Shown: one piece after another, positions 16,366 to 27,777 of the stretch
Layout: every line of letters begins with the position of its first letter
How positions within the stretch are numbered: the first letter of the stretch is position 1
DNA from: an uncultured Nitrospiraceae bacterium
GTDB lineage: Bacteria > Nitrospirota > Thermodesulfovibrionia > Thermodesulfovibrionales > SM23-35
Reading direction: 5' to 3'
NCBI GenBank assembly: GCA_964404225.1
Contig: CAYOJI010000001.1
Span: forward strand, 1 to 46,424
Length of the DNA: 46,424 nucleotides
Made by a program: the position numbers and the translations under genes
The notes under the pieces: generated by a model
Databases searched by the model: none
Told to the model about the DNA's origin: nothing
Seen by the model: only the letters and a program-made list of their open reading frames with translations

Positions 16366-16455
16366 TCATATATTGATCCCTATTTTAGGAAATACAATAA
16401 ACTGTAAAACTATCCATGTTATAAAAAAGGCTAAAATTATAAGCCAATATTTCAT
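16366..16455 (-). CDS. Candidate 29-aa hydrophobic small protein (not in the ORF track)
   Basis: GAGGAGAT SD 7-8 nt upstream of the ATG. MKYWLIILAFFITWIVLQFIVFPKIGINI, a single TM-like helix. Lies between the FKBP gene and the SBP gene on the same strand. No homology claim possible. Confidence 0.35.
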   Translation of the reverse strand: MKYWLIILAFFITWIVLQFIVFPKIGINI

Positions 16456-16469
16456 TTAAATTATCTCCT

Positions 16470-17201
16470 CTACGGATGCATAGGCATTGGGTCTGTATGA
16501 AATTTCATTCCCTTTTCAAAAGACAAAAGTTCTACCTCGAAAATCAATGTCTTATTTGGTTCAATGCTTTGACCCGCTCCACGTTCACCATAAGCAAGAT
16601 CCGGTGGTATAAAAATCTGCCATTTAGATCCTGCCTTCATTAATTGCAGGGCTTCAGATAGACCGGGTATCACACCATTAACCCTAAATACTGCAGGCTC
16701 TCCGCGCTTATAAGAGCTGTCGAATTCACTTCCATCAACAAAAGTTCCCCGATAATGCACTGTAACTGTATCTGTTAACTGGGGTGTGCCTCCCTGGCCT
16801 TCCTTTAAAACTTTGTATTGTAAACCGCTTGGAAGAGTTATTATCCCTTCTTTTTTCTTATTATCTTCAAGAAAAGCATCGCTTTCTTTTTTATTCTTTT
16901 CAGCGAGTTGTTTTATTCGTTGTACCTGTTTTGCCATCATTTCTTTTTGAAAATCAGATAAAGTCTCATTTATTTCTCCAGGACTCATTAAAGCTTTATT
17001 CCCTGACAAGGCATCTCTTATACCCTGCAAAAGGGCATCTATACTTACATCTATTGATTGACTTTTTATATTTGTGCCAATATTAAAACCAATACTGTAA
17101 CTGGTCTTATCTCTCTCATCCTTCAAATTAAGTTTCTCTTCGCCAAATACTGGAACAGCTAAAATCAACAGCAAAAAAATTGTTAAAAATTTGTATCTCA
17201 T
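16470..17201 (-). CDS. fkpA: FKBP-type peptidyl-prolyl cis-trans isomerase (FkpA/Mip-like, secreted)
   Basis: Signal peptide MRYKFLTIFLLLILAVPVFG; N-terminal helical dimerisation region; FKBP core VHYRGTFVDGSEFDSSY...GVIPGLSEALQLMKAGSKWQIFIPPDLAYGERG. The track ORF extends to 17240, but the GGAGAGGG SD favours the ATG at 17201. Confidence 0.9.
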   Translation of the reverse strand: MRYKFLTIFLLLILAVPVFGEEKLNLKDERDKTSYSIGFNIGTNIKSQSIDVSIDALLQGIRDALSGNKALMSPGEINETLSDFQKEMMAKQVQRIKQLAEKNKKESDAFLEDNKKKEGIITLPSGLQYKVLKEGQGGTPQLTDTVTVHYRGTFVDGSEFDSSYKRGEPAVFRVNGVIPGLSEALQLMKAGSKWQIFIPPDLAYGERGAGQSIEPNKTLIFEVELLSFEKGMKFHTDPMPMHP

Positions 17202-17284
17202 ACCCTCTCCTTTCAAATAATTTATTAAGTATAATAACATAAAAATTAATTAAAGATTATAAAAAATTACTTTTACCATAAAAC

Positions 17285-18040
17285 ATGAGTAGAGCGCTAA
17301 GTAAAATTTCTATAATTCTGTTATTTACTTTGTTATTTGCATCATGCAAGGAAGCGCCTTTAACAGAACGGAAACAATTGATACTTATTCCTGAATCAAG
17401 CGAGATACAATTAGGTGAGCAGGCATTCAGCAAAATCATCAAGGAAGCAAAACTCAGTAAAGATAAAACCATTGTAGAAAAGGTAAGAAAAGTTGGGACA
17501 CGTATTGCCAAGGCCGCTAACCGACCTGATTATAAGTGGGAATTCGTGGTGATTGAAGATGATAGTACGGTAAATGCCTTCTGTCTCCCAGGAGGCAAGA
17601 TAGGTATCTACACTGGCATCCTTCCTTATACAAAAGATGAAGAAGGATTAGCCGTTGTAATTAGCCATGAAGTAGGCCATGCTATTGCGCGGCACGGTGC
17701 TGAGAGGATGAGTACAATCTTGCTTGCACAGTTAGGACAGTTAGCACTCAATTTGATTGTCGATGTAGAAGACCCTGTAGTACTTGAGGCATTGAATAAG
17801 GCTTATGGATTAGCAACAGGGGTAGGGGTAATACTGCCTTTTAGTAGAAAACAAGAGCTTGAAGCTGACCATATTGGGGTGAGCCTTATGCATAAAGCAG
17901 GATATAATCCTCGTGCTGCCATTGAGTTCTGGAGGAGGATGAAGGATGTAAGGCAAGGGAAAGAGCCGCCTGTATATCTCTCTACTCATCCTGCAGATGA
18001 TGAAAGAATCGCACAGCTCGAAAAAATATTAGGGAATTAA
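17285..18040 (+). CDS. M48-family zinc metallopeptidase lipoprotein
   Basis: 251 aa. Lipobox LLFASC. HEXXH as SHEVGHAIARH with a downstream E (ELEADHIG). Confidence 0.88.
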   Translation: MSRALSKISIILLFTLLFASCKEAPLTERKQLILIPESSEIQLGEQAFSKIIKEAKLSKDKTIVEKVRKVGTRIAKAANRPDYKWEFVVIEDDSTVNAFCLPGGKIGIYTGILPYTKDEEGLAVVISHEVGHAIARHGAERMSTILLAQLGQLALNLIVDVEDPVVLEALNKAYGLATGVGVILPFSRKQELEADHIGVSLMHKAGYNPRAAIEFWRRMKDVRQGKEPPVYLSTHPADDERIAQLEKILGN

Positions 18041-18078
18041 AAAGCAAGAAATTCTTTTCAATCATTATTCTTTATACC

Positions 18079-20814
18079 TTATATTTTTAGAAGATGCCAG
18101 CTTTTTCTTTTCCAGAATTTTTCTAACTCAACCGCAAAGAATACCACAGTTGAAAGGGCAAGTGTTATTATCAGTTCACTAATATTTAATGGCTCTGTCT
18201 TGAATATCGGATTTAAAAATGGTACGTATATCGTTGCCATCTGAAGGGCAAAAGTCAGAATAAACGCACCGACTAAAGGCTTATTAGAAAATAGTCCCTG
18301 CGAAAAGAGAGATTCTTTTTCAGAACGTATTGCAAGCACATGTCCCATCTGACTGAGACATAGCACTGTAAAAACCATTGTCTGCCAATGAGCATGTTCA
18401 GTTTTAATAGCCCATGCCTGCGTAAATATGGATACAAAACCCATAAGCAATCCTACCCAGATAATATGGGCACCGAGTCCATGTGCAAATATACTTTCTT
18501 TAGGATGACGTGGAGGTCGTTTCATTATTTCTTTCTCAGCAGGTTCAGCTGCAAGTGCTAAGCCCGGAAGTCCGTCAGTGACAAGATTTATCCATAAAAT
18601 ATGGATCGGCAAAAGCGGGATAGGTAGTCCGAGAAATGGTGCAAGGAATATTGTCCATATTTCTCCTGAGTTGCTCGTCATGGTATATTTTATGAATTTA
18701 CGAATATTATCAAATATTCTCCTCCCCTCCTTAACAGCTTTTACAATTGTAGCAAAGTTGTCATCAAGCAATATCATATGCGACGCTTCTTTTGCTACAT
18801 CTGTTCCTGTAATACCCATAGCAACTCCTATATCAGCCCTTTTTAATGCTGGTGCATCATTAACTCCATCACCTGTCATAGCAACGAATTGTCCTTTATC
18901 CTGTAATGCCTTTACTATCTTCAATTTTTGTTCAGGAGCTACCCTTGCATAAACCTTGATCTCTTCGACTTCTTTTTTAAATTCTTCCATAGAAAGTTCA
19001 GCAAGCTCTTTGCCTGTAATGATTGGATTCGAGTCATTTTCGAGGATATTCAGGCGTTTTGCTATTGCTTTTGCAGTTAGTGGATGGTCCCCCGTAATCA
19101 TAACGGGTTTTATTCCTGCGGTTTTACATAATGCTACTGACTCCTTTGCCTCTTCTCGTGGAGGATCTATCATACCAACAAGACCCACGAAAGTAAGACC
19201 TACTTCTACATTTTCAGGTGATATGCTTGAAGGTAAATTATCCCATCTCCTCATACCAATCCCCAACACACGCAGTCCCTCAGCAGCCATTTTATTATTA
19301 AGCTCTAATATATCCTTTTTATTAATTGGTTTTAATCCATCAGAGGTTAAAATAGCATCAGATTTCTCAACCAGAACATCTACAGCACCCTTTGTAAAAG
19401 AAATAAATAATGCATGATCCACGATGTCTGATGCATGATTTTTTTCATCATGTTTCCTGTATCTTGTATCCTGCATCCTGTGAACTGTGGTCATACATTT
19501 TCTTTCCGAATCAAATGGAACCTCTGCGACACGTGGAAAAACTTTTTCAAGTTCATTTTTATCAAACCCATTGTCTTTAGCAGTTTTATACAAAGCTATC
19601 TCTGTTGGATCGCCTATTCCTTTGCCTTCTTTATCTAATAATGCATCATTGCTCAAAGCTAAAGCTGTCATAAGTAAAGGGTAAGGATCGATTGTCGATG
19701 ATGTAAGATGCATGATGTCTGATGTTCGATTTTCTTCATCATGTATCCTGCTGCGTGTTGCATCTTGCATTTTGATTACTTTTCCGTCAAAATAGATTTC
19801 TTCAACCATCATTTGATTTAGTGTTAGTGTACCGGTCTTGTCTGAGCAAATATAAGTCACAGAACCAAGGGTCTCAACTGCAGGAAGTTTTCTTATAAGG
19901 GCTTTTTGCTTTACCATCTTTTTTGCACCAATAGCAAGAGAAATAGTTATAACAGCAGGAAGAGCCTCGGGTATTGCAGCAACAGCAAGCGATATTGCTG
20001 TAAGCAACATCAAAAGAGGAGATTCCCCCCTAAAGATTCCTATAATGAATATTAAAACACAGATTATCAGAACAGCTATTGCAAGTTTTTGTCCAAATAC
20101 TGCAAGTCTTTTCTGAAGAGGTGTTTTCAACTCTTCTTCCTCTTCTAACATCATAGCAATCCTGCCGAGTTCAGTGTTCAAGCCTGTGGCAACAACAACA
20201 CCTTTTCCCCTCCCATACGAAATAACCGTTCCCTTATAAGCCATATTTTTCCTGTCACCCAGAGGAATTGCTTCATCTTTGAGAACTTCGATGTGTTTTT
20301 CTACAGGTACAGATTCACCCGTAAGGGCTGCCTCTTCAACCTTTAATTGAGCACATTCAATAAGTCTCATATCAGCCGGAACAATTTTACCTGCCTCTAA
20401 AATTATAATATCACCAGGAACAAGCTCAGAAGCAGGTATGTCTAAAGGCTTTCCATCTCTTATTACAGTTGCACTTGGTGCAGCCATTTTTTTAAGTGCA
20501 GCCATAGCCTTTTCTGCACGATATTCCTGAATAAATCCGATAATGGCATTAAGAACTACAATTACTATGATAGCAATTGTATCTGAAAGTTCACCTATAA
20601 TTCCGGAGACAATTGCCGCAGCAATAAGGACAATAATCATGAAGTCCTTGAACTGTTCAAAGAACATCATGAAGGGAGTCTTTTTCTTTTTTTCTTTTAA
20701 TTCATTTGGACCATATTCCCTAAGACGTTTTGCTACCTCTGCTATAGAAAGTCCTTGAGGGGAAGTTCTAAACTCATTAAAAATATCATTTATTGATTTC
20801 TGATGCCAATACAT
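18079..20814 (-). CDS. P2-type cation-transporting ATPase (Ca2+/Mg2+-ATPase-like)
   Basis: 911 aa. TGES; IPEALPAV; phosphorylation site CSDKTGTLT (D325); KGA; MITGDH; [12 protein letters not shown]; ten predicted TM helices. Carries two in-frame repeat units (listed separately). Confidence 0.93.
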   Translation of the reverse strand: MYWHQKSINDIFNEFRTSPQGLSIAEVAKRLREYGPNELKEKKKKTPFMMFFEQFKDFMIIVLIAAAIVSGIIGELSDTIAIIVIVVLNAIIGFIQEYRAEKAMAALKKMAAPSATVIRDGKPLDIPASELVPGDIIILEAGKIVPADMRLIECAQLKVEEAALTGESVPVEKHIEVLKDEAIPLGDRKNMAYKGTVISYGRGKGVVVATGLNTELGRIAMMLEEEEELKTPLQKRLAVFGQKLAIAVLIICVLIFIIGIFRGESPLLMLLTAISLAVAAIPEALPAVITISLAIGAKKMVKQKALIRKLPAVETLGSVTYICSDKTGTLTLNQMMVEEIYFDGKVIKMQDATRSRIHDEENRTSDIMHLTSSTIDPYPLLMTALALSNDALLDKEGKGIGDPTEIALYKTAKDNGFDKNELEKVFPRVAEVPFDSERKCMTTVHRMQDTRYRKHDEKNHASDIVDHALFISFTKGAVDVLVEKSDAILTSDGLKPINKKDILELNNKMAAEGLRVLGIGMRRWDNLPSSISPENVEVGLTFVGLVGMIDPPREEAKESVALCKTAGIKPVMITGDHPLTAKAIAKRLNILENDSNPIITGKELAELSMEEFKKEVEEIKVYARVAPEQKLKIVKALQDKGQFVAMTGDGVNDAPALKRADIGVAMGITGTDVAKEASHMILLDDNFATIVKAVKEGRRIFDNIRKFIKYTMTSNSGEIWTIFLAPFLGLPIPLLPIHILWINLVTDGLPGLALAAEPAEKEIMKRPPRHPKESIFAHGLGAHIIWVGLLMGFVSIFTQAWAIKTEHAHWQTMVFTVLCLSQMGHVLAIRSEKESLFSQGLFSNKPLVGAFILTFALQMATIYVPFLNPIFKTEPLNISELIITLALSTVVFFAVELEKFWKRKSWHLLKI
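19411..19482 (-). repeat. In-frame ~70-nt repeat unit, copy A, inside the P-type ATPase (aa 445-468 [24 protein letters not shown])
   Basis: Shares GATGTCTGATG...GATTTT.TTCATCATGT.TCCTG with 19702-19773 (plus-strand reading). Terminal inverted repeat ATGCAGGAT / ATCATGCAT (8 of 9). Central CATGAT-N7-ATCATG hairpin. Confidence 0.7.
19702..19773 (-). repeat. In-frame ~70-nt repeat unit, copy B, inside the P-type ATPase (aa 348-371 [24 protein letters not shown])
   Basis: DNA and peptide similarity to copy A. Terminal inverted repeat AAGATGCA / TGCATCTT (8 of 8) on the coding strand. Confidence 0.7.
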
Positions 20815-20912
20815 GATTACTGCTCGCTACTCTGCACGACATTTATTATGTTCATAACCATTAAATTGCTTCGAAAATATCATAGAGATAAAATTAGTTT
20901 TGAGGACCCCGC

Positions 20913-22373
<1,461 letters not shown>

Positions 22374-22504
22374 AACTTTAATATCTGACTACCCCCCTAT
22401 GCCCTTAATAACATTGCTTGAAGTCTTGCGATTCTTTCCTCTAATCAAACAATCTTTACGTGTAGAGTTCTCGCTTATTAGTCCGTTAAATTTATGACTC
22501 CTTG

Positions 22505-24556
22505 TTATTGTTTTTCCAGAACAAATAGAAGCTGTCCTTCAACTACAAAATCATTAAGTTTTACGCAGATTTCAGCAATTTGACCATCAAAAGGAGCTAT
22601 TATTGCATTTTCCATTTTCATTGCTTCAAGGTTTGCAATCTCCTCACCTTTATGTACAATGTCTCCTACCTTTAATATTCCCCTCTCTGGATTCCCGATT
22701 CTCCATATGTTCCCATTAATAGGTGCGCCTATTTCTCCAAGACCCTTTGCCATCCTAATTTCAACCTTTTTAGCCCTCGGTGTTTCAACACTGTATACCC
22801 TCGTCTTATTATTAACACGCATTACAACATGAATGATCCCTTCATGTTCAGCACCTATTGAAACAAGTTCAATACTATAGGGTTTTCCCCAAAGCTCAAA
22901 ATCGACTTTGTCACCGGGTTTTTTTAGTCCTTCTCTCCAAACAGGAGTCGGTAGCACGAGTGGAGCTTCTCCGTATTTTTCTCTAAACTGTATCATTTCG
23001 AGTGCATCTTTTGGATGCATTAGAAAAAGTATGAATTCCTCTTCCGTGGGTGTTCTACCAAGATAATCAGACAATTCCTTTCTAAGCTTTTCTAAGTCAT
23101 CATCCTCTAATGAATCCAGAGGTGATAGCTCAATTCTTTCTTTAATTTTGCGTTCCCATTCCTCACCAAAGGTACTCTGGTATACCCAATCAGGTGGCCA
23201 ACCCATCGGAAGTCTTCCATAATGACCGAGAATAAGATTTTTAAAGTCTCCGGGTGCATTTCGGAAAAGACCTAAAAGTTCTTCCTGTTCTTCTTTCTCC
23301 ATAGCTTCAAATTTTAGCGATTTTTCATCGATAAATTTTGTCAGAAGACCAATAAGGTGTCTAACTCCTGCTTCTCCTTTAGCCTTCGCATATTTATTTA
23401 CGATTCCACTACATGTAACCCACGTAATCTGTGACCCTGGTGTTACATCAAAATAATGAATAATCTTATTATATAGAGACATCATCTTTAGTATGGCAGG
23501 CATTAAGTGGAGAAAACCGCCTTTATCTGCCTGTTCGAACGAACTTGGGAAGGCACCTCCTGGCATCTTATGGTAAGTGACGGTATGATCAAATCCTTTA
23601 AATGGTGATTCCGCCCATTCATAGTAACCTATCCATTCTCTTACCTTCTGAACAGCTGCCTCTGCTTCTTTCCTGTTGAGATTTACAGGGATCCCCGACT
23701 CTTCAAAGTAGGCCTGAACAGCTAATATTGGAGAATGTCCATAGAAACGGACGAGTGAATCTTCCTCAACATCAAAGATCTTAGCTCCTGCCTGTGCAGC
23801 AGCAAGGAGAACAGGTATTGCTAATCCATCAGTTATGTGTCTGTGATAATGTATGAGAAGATCAGGATACTTCTGCTTAATAGAATCAACGAGACTGCTA
23901 ATAGTCTTTATATTTCCTACACCAGCCATGTCTTTGATGCACAGGATAATTTCGTCTGTTCCTGAACAAAGATCTACAATATCTTTTACTACATTAAGAT
24001 AATATTCATTTGTAGCCCAATCTGCTACAGTAAAAGAAATTGCAGGCTCAAAAAGACGACCCCTTTTCATAACAACTTCTGCTACTGCTCGCATGTTTCT
24101 GATATCATTCAGAAATGAAAAACACCGCCAAACGTCTATGTCTACCCGTTCAACAACATACTCAATGACATTCTTAGGATATGGTCGATATCCCCATAGA
24201 TTTGTCTCACGTATAAGGGTTTGCAGAAGCACATTTGGCATAGCCTCTCTTAAGATATTTATTTCTTCGAAAGGACTTTCTCTGCGATTCATTACGCCAA
24301 CATGCCATCTTGCACCCCCATGACATTCTGCACTAAACAAACCCATCCTGTTATAAAACGGTGCAAGGGTCGCAAGATCATATATTCGATGTCGGTTTTT
24401 ATAGTCTGATTGTCCAGCATCACGCATACCAACAGAAGTAAAACAAACTCCCTTAAGGTCACGCACCGCCTTAACTATTTCTCTCGATGACATGCCAGGT
24501 CTTACAAAAATGTAACTATCTGCTGTATTCGTAGATACTTTTTCCCTCACATCCAT
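22505..24556 (-). CDS. pycB: Pyruvate carboxylase subunit B (carboxyltransferase plus C-terminal biotinyl domain; oxaloacetate decarboxylase alpha-like)
   Basis: 683 aa. TIM-barrel carboxyltransferase region (RDAGQS, HYHRH). C-terminal lipoyl-like domain with biotinylation motif LEAMKMEN. Overlaps the upstream biotin carboxylase gene by 10 nt. Confidence 0.88.
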   Translation of the reverse strand: MDVREKVSTNTADSYIFVRPGMSSREIVKAVRDLKGVCFTSVGMRDAGQSDYKNRHRIYDLATLAPFYNRMGLFSAECHGGARWHVGVMNRRESPFEEINILREAMPNVLLQTLIRETNLWGYRPYPKNVIEYVVERVDIDVWRCFSFLNDIRNMRAVAEVVMKRGRLFEPAISFTVADWATNEYYLNVVKDIVDLCSGTDEIILCIKDMAGVGNIKTISSLVDSIKQKYPDLLIHYHRHITDGLAIPVLLAAAQAGAKIFDVEEDSLVRFYGHSPILAVQAYFEESGIPVNLNRKEAEAAVQKVREWIGYYEWAESPFKGFDHTVTYHKMPGGAFPSSFEQADKGGFLHLMPAILKMMSLYNKIIHYFDVTPGSQITWVTCSGIVNKYAKAKGEAGVRHLIGLLTKFIDEKSLKFEAMEKEEQEELLGLFRNAPGDFKNLILGHYGRLPMGWPPDWVYQSTFGEEWERKIKERIELSPLDSLEDDDLEKLRKELSDYLGRTPTEEEFILFLMHPKDALEMIQFREKYGEAPLVLPTPVWREGLKKPGDKVDFELWGKPYSIELVSIGAEHEGIIHVVMRVNNKTRVYSVETPRAKKVEIRMAKGLGEIGAPINGNIWRIGNPERGILKVGDIVHKGEEIANLEAMKMENAIIAPFDGQIAEICVKLNDFVVEGQLLFVLEKQ

Positions 24557-26004
24557 TTCTGAGGCCCTAGTGCTGATATTTCAGCAACATATCTTGCAAT
24601 CTTTAGAACTTCATCTTCGCTATCCTTTTCCTTAAACATAGAAATAAGTTCATCCATGTGCTCTTCTATAAAGCGTGTAGAGAATTCCCCAGCTATAAAT
24701 TTAGGGTGTCTTATTATACTAAGCAGAAGAGGTGCTAAAGTTTTAACCCCCTCAACACGAAGATTTCTGCTAAGAGCACGATCCATAACCCTTATTGCAT
24801 CTGCTCTATCAGCACCTGCAGCGATCAACAACATAAAAAGAGAATCATAATAGGGTGGTATATCTGCACCTTCGTAGACCCCTGACGCTATCCTAACACC
24901 CGGACCTTGTGGCACTTGAAGACGCGTTATTTTTCCAAAAGATGGACTGAAGGTTTTGGGATCTTCGGCGTTAAGACGAACCTCAAGCGCCCATCTATTT
25001 GGAACAATTTCCGATTGTTTGAACGGTAGTTTTTTGCCCATCGCTATATCTATCATAATTCCAACGATATCAAGTCCTGTAATAAGTTCTGTTATACCGT
25101 GTTCGACTTGTAAACGGGTATTGACTTCAAGGAAATAAAAATTCTGTGAAGAGGTGTCATAAAGAAACTCTACTGTTCCAGCTGATGTGTAACCTATTTC
25201 TCTCATCAGACGTGTCGCAGTAAAACATATTTCCTGACGTAGGTTATCGTCAAGAGTTGGAGAAGGTGCTTCTTCTATAATCTTTTGATTTCGCCTCTGA
25301 ATAGTGCATTCTCTTTCGAATAAATGGACTACGTTTCCATATTCGTCTGCTACTACTTGAACCTCGATATGTCTGCCACGTTCTATATATTTTTCGACAA
25401 GAACCCTGTCATCACCAAAGGCCTTAAGCGCCTCTGACCGAGCCTGTGCAAAAGCCTGAGGTAATTCCTTCTTACTACTAACCTTAACCATTCCTTTTCC
25501 ACCACCACCAGCAACGGCTTTAATCATTATCGGGAAGTCGATATGGTGTTCTTTCATCCATCTTTTTATTTGATCGATGCTATTAACATCAATAATTCCT
25601 GGTATAGTCGGTACATTAGCCTTCTGTGCAAGTCTTTTTGCCTGAATTTTGTCTCCAAGAGCACTTATTACCTCAGGAGGCGGACCAATCCATGTAAGGC
25701 CTGCATCTATGACCATCTTTGCAAACTTTGCATTTTCTGCAAGGAATCCCCAGCCGGGATGGATCGCATCTGACTTACTTTTAATAGCTGCCTCTATCAT
25801 TTTTTCCATGTTTAGATAAGATTCAACAGGCGGTGCCTCACCTATATGCACAGCCGAATCAGCCATAAATACATGATGGGCTAAACGGTCAGGTGTGCTA
25901 TATACTGCGGTTGTGGGAATTTTTCTATCCCTACATGTGTGCATTATTCTTACGGCGGTCACGCCTCTATTTGCTATTAATATCTTGTTAATCTTTCTTC
26001 CCAT
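24547..26004 (-). CDS. pycA: Pyruvate carboxylase subunit A (biotin carboxylase)
   Basis: 485 aa. ILIANRGVTAVRIMHT; ATP-grasp KAVAGGGGKGM; EVNTRLQVEH; RLNAEDP. Translationally coupled to pycB. Distinct from the accC at 35639. Confidence 0.88.
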   Translation of the reverse strand: MGRKINKILIANRGVTAVRIMHTCRDRKIPTTAVYSTPDRLAHHVFMADSAVHIGEAPPVESYLNMEKMIEAAIKSKSDAIHPGWGFLAENAKFAKMVIDAGLTWIGPPPEVISALGDKIQAKRLAQKANVPTIPGIIDVNSIDQIKRWMKEHHIDFPIMIKAVAGGGGKGMVKVSSKKELPQAFAQARSEALKAFGDDRVLVEKYIERGRHIEVQVVADEYGNVVHLFERECTIQRRNQKIIEEAPSPTLDDNLRQEICFTATRLMREIGYTSAGTVEFLYDTSSQNFYFLEVNTRLQVEHGITELITGLDIVGIMIDIAMGKKLPFKQSEIVPNRWALEVRLNAEDPKTFSPSFGKITRLQVPQGPGVRIASGVYEGADIPPYYDSLFMLLIAAGADRADAIRVMDRALSRNLRVEGVKTLAPLLLSIIRHPKFIAGEFSTRFIEEHMDELISMFKEKDSEDEVLKIARYVAEISALGPQKWM

Positions 26005-26058
26005 AATGGATATCTTAAAATTTTAACATAAAAATGTGGATATTATATATATTTGTTG

Positions 26059-26168
26059 AGGCTGGAAGTAGCAAATCTTTAGGGGAGGATATTAAAAAGC
26101 CAAATTACTGGGATATGTCCCTTGAGCAGACATACCCCTACCGTTTTGCTACTTACAATTCGAAGCCT
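26059..26168. other. ~110-nt imperfect palindromic or structured element in the divergent pycA / ligase spacer
   Basis: AGGCT (26059-26063) / AGCCT (26164-26168). 10-bp stem AAGTAGCAAA (26066-26075) / TTTGCTACTT (26145-26154). Inner hairpin GGGATATGTC-N9-GACATACCCC. Strand and function unknown. Confidence 0.3.
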
Positions 26169-26214
26169 ATATTGATATTATAAATGCACAATATAATATT
26201 TTAAAAAACTTTTT

Positions 26215-27744
26215 ATGTTGCTTCATCAACGTTTTATAAAGATAGCAAAAAAATATCGGACTAAACTGGCTTTTATAGATAGAACTTCTAATAAACGAAT
26301 TACATATTCCAAAACACTTATTGCCTCTCTTATCCTTGCAGAAAGATTCAAAAAATACGATGAAGGCTTTATTGGAATTATGATGCCGACTTCTGCAGGA
26401 TGTGCCTTTTCTATTCTTGGAGTTTTGATGAGTGGAAAAACGCCCGTTATGATTAATTATTCAATGGGTGCAGCAAAAAATGCTATATATGCACAGACAA
26501 AATGTAATTTCAGAACTATAATAACTTCGAAGGCATTACTTGAAAAAATTAATTCTCCTGTTATCAATGGAATGGTTTTCATTGAAGATATAATGAGCAG
26601 TATATCGATGACAGAGAAAATAAAGGCTGTAATTAAGGCAAAATTGCCTGCTCCACTTATCTCAAAATTAGTTCATGCTGGACACGAAGAAGATAATGTC
26701 GTAATATTATTTACCAGTGGAAGCGAAAAAGACCCTAAAGCTGTTCAATTAACGCATAAGAATATCTCTTCTAATATTCAAAGCTTTAGTAAGATGTTGA
26801 AATTGTATGAAAACGACATTATACTCGCTAACCTTCCTTATTTCCATGTATTTGGTCTAACAGTAACTTTATGGACCCCGCTTTATTATGGGATGACAAT
26901 CATTTCTTATGCTAATCCCCTCGAATACAAAACCATATGTAATATTATCCGTGAGGAAAAACCGACCGTTATGGTTGGCACACCAAGTTTTCTCTGGGGC
27001 TATTTAAGAAAATCTGAAGTAGGCGATTTTAAGAGTCTGCGTTTAATAGTAAGTGGAGCAGATAAATGTCCTGATGCCCTAAGAGAAGAATTTCTTAAAA
27101 AACATGGTATTAATATCTACGAAGGTTATGGAACAACCGAGACCTCTCCTGTTATCTCAACAAATACTCCTGAAAATAATAAACCAGGAAGTGTGGGCAA
27201 GGTGCTTCCAGATGTCAAGATACGCATCGAGGATTGTGAAACAGGTGAAGAGTGCGCTATAGGAGAAATAGGGAAAATAATGGTCAAGGGAGATCTGGTT
27301 ATGAAGGGATACCTAAATGATTTCGAAGAAACTTCAAAGCGAATTCGAGACGGATGGTATGACACAGGTGACATGGGATATATCGATGAAGAGGGGTTTC
27401 TATGGCATTCCGGTAGATTAAAAAGATTTGCAAAAGTTGGTGGAGAAATGATATCCCTGGTTAAAGTTGAAGATGTTTTAGAAAAATTACTTCCTGAAGA
27501 TGTTGCATGTTCGGTTGTTGAAGTTCCGGACAAACTAAAGGGGGGAAAGATCATAGCGGCGGTTACAAAAAAGATAGACGAAAAAAGAATATTGAAAATG
27601 ATGTCTAAGTATTTACCAAATATAGCTTTACCAAAACAATTTGTTGTTATTGAAGACCTTCCTAAAATGGCTAGTGGGAAGATTGATTTCCGAGGCGTCA
27701 CCGAAATAGTTCAGCGAAAATTAAATAGTTCAAAGCTCTCTTAG
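26215..27744 (+). CDS. AMP-dependent synthetase/ligase (acyl-ACP synthetase / Aas C-terminal-domain-like)
   Basis: 509 aa. AMP-binding motifs ILFTSGSEKDPKAV, GYGTTETSP, YDTGDMGYIDEEGF, GKIDFR. N-terminal region resembles the Aas-type acyl-ACP synthetase domain. No obvious SD. Confidence 0.8.
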   Translation: MLLHQRFIKIAKKYRTKLAFIDRTSNKRITYSKTLIASLILAERFKKYDEGFIGIMMPTSAGCAFSILGVLMSGKTPVMINYSMGAAKNAIYAQTKCNFRTIITSKALLEKINSPVINGMVFIEDIMSSISMTEKIKAVIKAKLPAPLISKLVHAGHEEDNVVILFTSGSEKDPKAVQLTHKNISSNIQSFSKMLKLYENDIILANLPYFHVFGLTVTLWTPLYYGMTIISYANPLEYKTICNIIREEKPTVMVGTPSFLWGYLRKSEVGDFKSLRLIVSGADKCPDALREEFLKKHGINIYEGYGTTETSPVISTNTPENNKPGSVGKVLPDVKIRIEDCETGEECAIGEIGKIMVKGDLVMKGYLNDFEETSKRIRDGWYDTGDMGYIDEEGFLWHSGRLKRFAKVGGEMISLVKVEDVLEKLLPEDVACSVVEVPDKLKGGKIIAAVTKKIDEKRILKMMSKYLPNIALPKQFVVIEDLPKMASGKIDFRGVTEIVQRKLNSSKLS

Positions 27745-27777
27745 TTATAAGAATGAAAATTAAGATGGTCTTTAAGG

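Noticed and set aside
27126-27701. 191-aa ORF antisense to the AMP-dependent ligase gene.
   Set aside because: It is entirely embedded opposite a well-supported CDS. The composition is Ser/Phe/Ile/Thr-rich low complexity, with no SD and no recognisable motif. This is typical of a spurious antisense frame.
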